From: an uncultured delta proteobacterium
GTDB taxonomy: Bacteria; Desulfobacterota; Binatia; Binatales; Binataceae
NCBI GenBank assembly: GCA_963794325.1
Contig: CAWCDG010000005.1
Location: 128,001-192,000 of the forward strand
Reading direction: 5' to 3'
DNA: 64,000 nt
Below are positions 57,351 to 64,000 of the stretch, piece by piece; within the stretch, counting starts at the first letter, position 1; each line of letters starts with the position of its first letter. Made by a program: the position numbers and the translations under genes. The notes below the pieces were generated by a model. The model made no database searches. It saw nothing but the letters and a program-made list of their open reading frames with translations, and was not told where the DNA came from.

Positions 57351-59246
57351 ATGAACCCGGACGAGGAAAAAATTTCCAAGTCGGTAATTTTTAGATTCGC
57401 CGGATGCCTCAGGCCGTATTTGCGTTTGGTGATTGGCGCGGCGCTGATGGGGATCGGTAAATTTACCCTACCTCTCGCGTTTCCACTCGCATTTAAATAC
57501 GTAATCGACGTTCTGCTTACTTCGCCGCCCAAGTTTGACGGCTTGATGCATCTCATCGACCGTTGGTGCGTTAGTCTTACTGCGCTAGCTGGTTATGTAG
57601 CGACACCTACCAATAAGTTAGCGGCGCTAAGTGTAGTAATGCTTGCACTCTACGCGCTTCAATCTGTCGCCAGTTTTTATCGTAACTATTGGGCTGGTCT
57701 TGCCGGCAACAAGTTGATTTTCGATCTTCAGCGTCGTTTGTTCTCGCATATGCAAAGTCTGCCGCATTCGTTCTTCGATCAGAATCCGAGCGGCGTCATC
57801 GTCTCGCGAGTTCTCAACGACGTTCAGCAGGCGAACGAACTGGTAGCATCAGCGCTCATCGACGTATGGATGGACGCAGTGTCGCTGACGCTGGTAATTG
57901 CCGCATTGCTGGCGCTCAACTGGCATCTCGCACTCGTGGCGCTTTGCATCTCGCCGCTATGGGTCGCCTTCATGCGGTTCTTCTCGCCGAGGATCAAATC
58001 CGTGAGCCATCGGATGCAGGAAGCCGTCGCCGAGATTTCCGGCGAAGTTCACGAACGCGTCGTCGGCGCGAGCACGATCAAATCTTTTTGCCGCGAGGAC
58101 CTCGAGGTCGAGCAATTCCGCGGTCAGACCGAGCGTCTGCTCGAGCGCACGATCGACAAGGTGAGACTCGCCGCGCGCCAGGAGATGCTGATTCAGCTGC
58201 TGACTCGCGCCGCACCGACCGTCGTCATCTGGGTGGGCGCGCTCATGATCATTCGCGGCACGATGACGCTCGGAACGATGGTCGCGTTTTTCTCGTACCT
58301 CGGATTTCTCTACCTGCCGCTTGAGCGATTCGCGCAACTGTCGGTCGTGGTTTCCGCTTCGATGGCTGCGATCGAGCGCATCTTTGCATTTCTCGATCTG
58401 AAACCCGAGATAACCGATCATGCGCTCAGTCGTCCATTCGCCGTGCGCAACGGCACCGTTCAGTTCGACGATGTGTCCTTTGCGTATGCCGCGCGCAACG
58501 GCAATTCCAACGGTCTCGTGCTCGACGGCCTGAACCTGCATGTTCCGGGCGGATGCCGGGTTGCGCTGGTCGGTCGTTCCGGAGCCGGCAAAACCACGAT
58601 GGCGAGTTTGATTCCGCGCTTCTATGAAGCGACCCGCGGGCGCGTCCTGATCGACGGCCGCGATGTACGCCACTACACCCTGAAGTCGCTGCGCGAGCAC
58701 GTCGCCATGGTCGCGCAGGACGCACTCCTGTTCAGCGCCAGCATCAGAGATAACCTGCGCTATGCGCGCCCCGAAGCGACCGACGCAATGTTGCTGCGAT
58801 CGCTCGAAATGGCCAGCCTGCGAGAGTTTGTCGACAGCTTGCCGGAGGGACTCGATACGATCATCGGCGAGCGCGGCTTCAAGATTTCGGGCGGACAGCG
58901 CCAGCGCCTTGCGATTGCGCGCGCGTTCCTGAAGGACTCGAAGATAGTCATCCTCGACGAAGCTACCTCGGCGGTTGACTCGGAATCGGAGAATCAGATT
59001 CACCGGGCAATGGAGCGCCTGATGAGCGGGCGCACCGTGTTTATGATTGCGCATCGCCTGCGCAGCGCGGTGACGGCCGACCTGATTGTCGTCATGGGCA
59101 ACGGCCGTATCGTCGAGACCGGCAAGCACGCGGACCTGATGCGCGGCGGCGGCGCGTACGCTCGGCTCTTCAACGAGCAGGCGCGGGGTCTGTCGCTCGA
59201 ACCGCAGCCGGGGGCCGGCTACCGCTCGCGAATAGCGTCGCTCTAG
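57351..59246 (+). CDS. ABC exporter, fused permease/ATPase (MsbA/Sav1866-like)
   Basis: GRSGAGKT, ISGGQRQR, ILDEATS, IAHRL. Confidence 0.93.
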   Translation: MNPDEEKISKSVIFRFAGCLRPYLRLVIGAALMGIGKFTLPLAFPLAFKYVIDVLLTSPPKFDGLMHLIDRWCVSLTALAGYVATPTNKLAALSVVMLALYALQSVASFYRNYWAGLAGNKLIFDLQRRLFSHMQSLPHSFFDQNPSGVIVSRVLNDVQQANELVASALIDVWMDAVSLTLVIAALLALNWHLALVALCISPLWVAFMRFFSPRIKSVSHRMQEAVAEISGEVHERVVGASTIKSFCREDLEVEQFRGQTERLLERTIDKVRLAARQEMLIQLLTRAAPTVVIWVGALMIIRGTMTLGTMVAFFSYLGFLYLPLERFAQLSVVVSASMAAIERIFAFLDLKPEITDHALSRPFAVRNGTVQFDDVSFAYAARNGNSNGLVLDGLNLHVPGGCRVALVGRSGAGKTTMASLIPRFYEATRGRVLIDGRDVRHYTLKSLREHVAMVAQDALLFSASIRDNLRYARPEATDAMLLRSLEMASLREFVDSLPEGLDTIIGERGFKISGGQRQRLAIARAFLKDSKIVILDEATSAVDSESENQIHRAMERLMSGRTVFMIAHRLRSAVTADLIVVMGNGRIVETGKHADLMRGGGAYARLFNEQARGLSLEPQPGAGYRSRIASL

Positions 59247-59353
59247 TCGGATTTCTCGACACCTGCCTGAAACGTGAGTACGTGGTAGGATTGGCCGGTG
59301 CGCTGATTTTCCAGGGACCTAATCACGAACTGAACTTTTCTTATTCGCCGGCG

Positions 59354-61342
59354 ATGCCTTCCTATCAAGCACCAACTGATTCCCGGCTCGCCTCGTCCGG
59401 GCGGCGGATGAGCCACATCATAATCGAAGACGTGACACCCTCGGTTGACGGCGGCCGTTATCCGGCCAAGCGGATCGCCGGTGAGCCATGCGTCGTCGAA
59501 GCGGACATCTTTCGCGACGGACATCAAGTGTTGCGTGCCGCGGTCAAATGGCGCCGCAAGAGCGACGAGGTTTTCGACGAGGCACCGATGGCGGCGCTCG
59601 ACAACGATCGATGGCGTGGCGAGTTCATCCCTACCGACAACGCGCGCTACGTTTTCACGATCGAAGCATGGACCGACCTGTTTGCCTCGTGGCTCGCGGA
59701 TTTCACCAAGAAAGTGAAAGCCGCGCGACCGGTCGCATCCGATATTCTGGAGGGGATCGCACTCGTTGAGAAAATGATCTCGAGTGCGCGTGGATCTGAT
59801 CGTGCTTCGCTCGAGCGAGTGCTCGCGCAATTGCGCAAGACGAACGACGGAGCGGTAGCGCTCGCGGCGATCAGCGATGCGGAGATTTCCACTGTCGCAG
59901 AACGCGTCGGCGAGCGCTCTGGTCTGACGAGATTCGAGCCGACGCTGGAGCTGGTCGTCGATCGCGAGAAGGCTCGCTACGGCACCTGGTACGAAATGTT
60001 CGTACGCTCGCAAGGGATCGAACCCGGGAAATCCGGCACCTTCCACGACGCCGAGCGCCGGCTGCCCGAACTGCGCGACCTCGGCTTCGATGTAATTTAC
60101 CTTCCCCCGATTCACCCAATCGGTCACACCAATCGCAAGGGTCCCGGCAATTCTCTCAACGGCGCGTCGAATTCTCCGGGCAGCCCGTGGGCGATTGGCA
60201 GCGAGGCTGGTGGACATACCGCGATCGATCCGTCGATTGGCACGCTCGGCGATTTCGATCGCTTCAACGCCGCCGCCAACCGCCTGGGAATGGAGGTTGC
60301 GCTCGATTTCGCGATACAGTGCTCGCCCGACCATCCATGGGTGCGTGAGCATCCGAATTGGTTTCAGCATCGGCCCGACGGCAGCATCAAGTACGCGGAG
60401 AATCCGCCGAAGGAATACGAGGATATCTATCCGATCGATTTCGACACTGCCGATCAGCGGGGCTTGTATGAAGCGCTGCTGGGGGTGCTGAGATTCTGGC
60501 GCGATCACGGGGTGAAGATCTTTCGCGTCGATAACCCGCATACCAAGCCGGTGCAATTCTGGAACTGGCTAATCAATGAAGTACAGACTGCCAATCCGGA
60601 AGTGATTTTTCTGGCGGAAGCGTTCACGCGTCCGAAGATGATGAAGGCGCTGGCCAAGGCGGGCTTTACTCAGTCCTATACCTACTTCACCTGGCGTAAT
60701 AGCAAGTTCGAACTGACTGACTATTTGACCGAGCTCACACAAACACCGATGAAGGAGTATTTTCGGCCTAACTTCTTCACCAATACTCCCGACATTCTCT
60801 CGCCGGTGCTGCAGACTGGCGGGCGGACTGCTTTCAAGATGAAGCTCGTGCTCGCCGCAACACTGTCACCCTCGTACGGTATCTACAGCGGATTCGAATT
60901 GTGCGAGAACCGGGCAGTGCCGGGCACCGAAGAATACCTGAACTCCGAGAAGTACGAAATCAAAGTGCGCGATTGGAACCAGCCCGGCAACATCAAGGAG
61001 TTCATCGGGCGCGTCAACGCGATTCGGCGCGAGAACCGCGCGCTGCAACAGTTTCTTAATCTCCAGTTTCTAACCACCGACAACGACCAGATCCTCTTTT
61101 ACGCGAAGACTACGCAAGACAAGCACAACGTCATCCTGATCGCCGTCAATCTGGATCCGCTGAACGCGCACTACTGCACCGCGTTCGTACCGCCGGAGGT
61201 GGTTGGAGTCGCGCCGGGACGCAGCTATCGAGTCACGGATCTACTGACCGGCGCGAAATATGTGTGGTCTGATCGTAACTACGTGCGGCTCGATCCCAAT
61301 GTCGAACCAGCGCACATTCTGCGCGTTGAAGAGCGCCTCTGA
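59354..61342 (+). CDS. glgE: Alpha-1,4-glucan:maltose-1-phosphate maltosyltransferase (start uncertain)
   Basis: WYEMFVRS, YLPPIHPIG, AENPPKEYEDI, FRVDNPHTKP, LAEAFTRP, QSYTYFTWRN, NSEKYE. Confidence 0.95.
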   Translation: MPSYQAPTDSRLASSGRRMSHIIIEDVTPSVDGGRYPAKRIAGEPCVVEADIFRDGHQVLRAAVKWRRKSDEVFDEAPMAALDNDRWRGEFIPTDNARYVFTIEAWTDLFASWLADFTKKVKAARPVASDILEGIALVEKMISSARGSDRASLERVLAQLRKTNDGAVALAAISDAEISTVAERVGERSGLTRFEPTLELVVDREKARYGTWYEMFVRSQGIEPGKSGTFHDAERRLPELRDLGFDVIYLPPIHPIGHTNRKGPGNSLNGASNSPGSPWAIGSEAGGHTAIDPSIGTLGDFDRFNAAANRLGMEVALDFAIQCSPDHPWVREHPNWFQHRPDGSIKYAENPPKEYEDIYPIDFDTADQRGLYEALLGVLRFWRDHGVKIFRVDNPHTKPVQFWNWLINEVQTANPEVIFLAEAFTRPKMMKALAKAGFTQSYTYFTWRNSKFELTDYLTELTQTPMKEYFRPNFFTNTPDILSPVLQTGGRTAFKMKLVLAATLSPSYGIYSGFELCENRAVPGTEEYLNSEKYEIKVRDWNQPGNIKEFIGRVNAIRRENRALQQFLNLQFLTTDNDQILFYAKTTQDKHNVILIAVNLDPLNAHYCTAFVPPEVVGVAPGRSYRVTDLLTGAKYVWSDRNYVRLDPNVEPAHILRVEERL

Positions 61343-61351
61343 GTTCCGATC

Positions 61352-64000
61352 GTGGCCACAAACCATCAGCCAGAGAATGGTTCGCCGCCAAATCCCTTGT
61401 GGTACAAGGACGCCATCTTCTATGAATTGCGCGTCCGCTCATTTTACGACAGCAATGCTGACGGAGTCGGCGACTTCCCCGGTCTGACTGCGAAGCTCGA
61501 CTACCTCCATTCGTTGGGCGTCACCACGCTCTGGCTGCTTCCCTTTTATCCTTCGCCGATGCGCGACGACGGATACGATATTTCCGACTATATCAACATC
61601 CATCCTTCGTGCGGGACGTTGCGCGACTTCAAGATATTCGTTCGCGAGGCCCATCGCCGCGATCTCAAGATAGTCACTGAGTTAGTATTGAATCATACTT
61701 CGGATAAGCATGAATGGTTTCAACGCGCGCGCCGTTCACCCGCCGGAAGTATATTTCGCGATTACTACATCTGGAGCGACACGCCCGAGCGCTACAAGGA
61801 TGCGCGAATAATCTTTCAGGACTTCGAGCCGTCCAACTGGTCATGGGATCCGGTTGCCAAGGCGTACTACTTCCATCGCTTTTACGCTCATCAGCCGGAT
61901 TTGAACTATGACAATCCCGCGGTCATCCGGGAAATTCGGCGAGTGATTTCGTTCTGGCTGGGTCTCGGCGTCGACGGCCTCCGCCTCGACGCGGTTCCTT
62001 ACCTCTTCAAGCGCGAAGGAACCAATTGCGAGAATCTGCCCGAAACGCACGCATTCCTGCGTGAATTGAGATCTTACATCGACTCGAAATTCCCCAATCG
62101 CATGTTGCTGGCCGAGGCAAACCAATGGCCCGAAGACGCGGTCGCGTATCTGGCGGAAGGCAAGGAATGCAACATGGCGTTCCACTTTCCGTTGATGCCC
62201 CGGATGTTCATGGCGGTGCGAATGGAGGACCGATTCCCGCTCACCGACATCTGGGCGCAAACCCCGGAGATCGATCCTGCATGCCAGTGGGCACTCTTTC
62301 TGCGTAATCACGACGAGCTGACGCTCGAAATGGTTACTGACGAGGAGCGCGACTACATGTATCGCGCTTATGCGCAGGACGCGCGAATGAGAGTCAATCT
62401 GGGTATTCGCCGGCGGCTCGCGCCACTGCTCGGCAATCATCGACGTACTATTGAACTGAATAATGCTTTGCTGTGTTCATTGCCGGGGACGCCGGTCATT
62501 TACTACGGCGATGAAATCGGAATGGGCGACAATGTGTACCTCGGCGATCGCGATGGAGTGCGTACTCCGATGCAATGGAGCGCGGACCGCAACGCCGGAT
62601 TTTCCGCGGCCAATCCGCAGCGGCTGATCCTGCCTGTGATCATCGATCCCGAGTACCACTACCAAAGCGTCAACGTTGAGGCCCACGAGAGCAATCGCCA
62701 TTCGCTGCTGTGGTGGATGCGTCGTCTGCTCGCGCTGCGCAAACAGGTCAAAGCATTCGGCCGCGGCACGATGGAATTTCTGAGCCCTGAAAATTCACAT
62801 GTGCTGGCCTTCATCCGCGCCTACGAGGACGAAAAGATACTGGTAGTCGCCAATCTCTCGCGATTCGTCCAATACGTCGAGCTCGATCTCGCAAAGTTCA
62901 AGGGAACGACACCGGTCGAGTTGTTCGGCCGCACGCCTTTCCCGCCAATCGGAGATCTGCCTTATCTGCTCACGCTCGGGCCGCATGGTTTCTTCTGGTT
63001 CTCTATTGAGCAGCCTAAGACCGCTGACGCCGCCGACCGAACTGAATACGAAATTCCGCGCCTCGAGATGAATGCGAGCTTCGACGGCTTCATGCGCGGT
63101 GAAACCCGGCAACACCTAGAACGCCTCTTGCCCGCTTACTTGCGGCATTGCCGGTGGTTTCGCTCGAAGTCCCGACCGATAACTGCGGTCCGAATCGCCG
63201 AGACGATTCCGATGGCGGAGGGGCCAGCCGTCCCGCACCTTACTCTCTTGAACGTCGAATACACGAACAGCGAGCCGGAGACTTACCTGTTGCCATTGGC
63301 CATCGCCACCGGCGATCGAGCGCGCGAGGTGCGGTCGCGATGGCCGCAGCAAGTCATCGCCGAAGTGACAAGCTCGCGACGCAACGGCGACGGCGAGGGA
63401 ATCCTGTTTGATGCGGCAGTCGATCCGGATTTTCTGAGCACGCTGCTCGAGATAATCGCGCGGCGCCGGCGTCATCGCGGCCCGGTGGGCGAGCTCGTGC
63501 CGGGAATCACCCAGGCATTTCATCAGTTGCGCGGCGATCCCGAAACGCCGCTCGAACCGCGCGTTTTGAAGACAGAGCAGAGCAACAGCTCGATCGCTTA
63601 CGGTGACCGCTTCATCATCAAGCTTTTTCGATGCATCGAAGATGGTTTGAATCCCGACCTCGAGATCGGACGCTTCCTGACCACCCATGCGCTGTTGTCT
63701 CACGTCCCGCCGCTGGCGGGATGGATTGACTACAGCACCGGAAACGGCGAGCGAAAGAATCTCGCTGTGCTCCAGGGCTTCGTGCCCAATGAAGGCGACG
63801 CGTGGCAATTCACGCTCGGCGAATTGCATCGCTATCTCGAGAACGCAGCCACCAGGTCGGAGCTGCCGCCCTCCACCGACAAGACTCTCTACGAGTTACT
63901 GACGGTGAATGAGCCTGATCCGCTTGCGGCCGAGCTGATTAGTCACTATCTCGGTTCGGCGCGATTGATGGGCAAGCGTCTCGCGGAACTTCATCACGCG
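61352..64000 (+). CDS. treS: Trehalose synthase fused to maltokinase (TreS-Mak), 3' end runs off the window
   Basis: Manual translation from GTG 61352: WYKDAIFYE, DGYDISDY, RLDAVPYL, CENLPETH, FLRNHDELTLEMV, YYGDEIGMGDN, later EQSNSS maltokinase motif. Confidence 0.93.
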   Translation, partial: MATNHQPENGSPPNPLWYKDAIFYELRVRSFYDSNADGVGDFPGLTAKLDYLHSLGVTTLWLLPFYPSPMRDDGYDISDYINIHPSCGTLRDFKIFVREAHRRDLKIVTELVLNHTSDKHEWFQRARRSPAGSIFRDYYIWSDTPERYKDARIIFQDFEPSNWSWDPVAKAYYFHRFYAHQPDLNYDNPAVIREIRRVISFWLGLGVDGLRLDAVPYLFKREGTNCENLPETHAFLRELRSYIDSKFPNRMLLAEANQWPEDAVAYLAEGKECNMAFHFPLMPRMFMAVRMEDRFPLTDIWAQTPEIDPACQWALFLRNHDELTLEMVTDEERDYMYRAYAQDARMRVNLGIRRRLAPLLGNHRRTIELNNALLCSLPGTPVIYYGDEIGMGDNVYLGDRDGVRTPMQWSADRNAGFSAANPQRLILPVIIDPEYHYQSVNVEAHESNRHSLLWWMRRLLALRKQVKAFGRGTMEFLSPENSHVLAFIRAYEDEKILVVANLSRFVQYVELDLAKFKGTTPVELFGRTPFPPIGDLPYLLTLGPHGFFWFSIEQPKTADAADRTEYEIPRLEMNASFDGFMRGETRQHLERLLPAYLRHCRWFRSKSRPITAVRIAETIPMAEGPAVPHLTLLNVEYTNSEPETYLLPLAIATGDRAREVRSRWPQQVIAEVTSSRRNGDGEGILFDAAVDPDFLSTLLEIIARRRRHRGPVGELVPGITQAFHQLRGDPETPLEPRVLKTEQSNSSIAYGDRFIIKLFRCIEDGLNPDLEIGRFLTTHALLSHVPPLAGWIDYSTGNGERKNLAVLQGFVPNEGDAWQFTLGELHRYLENAATRSELPPSTDKTLYELLTVNEPDPLAAELISHYLGSARLMGKRLAELHHA

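Overview
GC-rich bacterial chromosomal segment; gene content is suggestive of Candidatus Binatota or a similar soil lineage (inference only). It carries about 55 CDS, a tRNA-Pro(GGG), one IS481-family element, a pan-type RNA leader with terminator upstream of panBC, and at least five families of short palindromic intergenic repeats. Housekeeping blocks: panB/panC/coaX, K+-independent H+-PPase, hopanoid C-3 methylase hpnR, malQ and a GT4/debranching/glgE/treS alpha-glucan region. Best candidates for undescribed biology: (1) a divergent seven-gene cluster (two HADs, NTP transferase, ITPK1-like ATP-grasp, class III aminotransferase, CDP-alcohol phosphotransferase, B12 radical SAM) that looks like an unknown amino/cyclitol lipid-headgroup pathway; (2) a tandem pair of secreted beta-helix proteins with a stacked Cys-Cys/Asp-Asp column; (3) a Zn-finger microprotein plus AAA ATPase ending in IGF; (4) an APH-fold pseudokinase with a basic N-terminal arm and a structured leader next to the tRNA; (5) an ArsR/SRPBCC array followed by a BNR propeller, a ubiquitin-like protein and a transglutaminase-like protein. 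Several genes carry single-base frameshifts that look like assembly errors. All family calls are from motif recognition; no searches were run.
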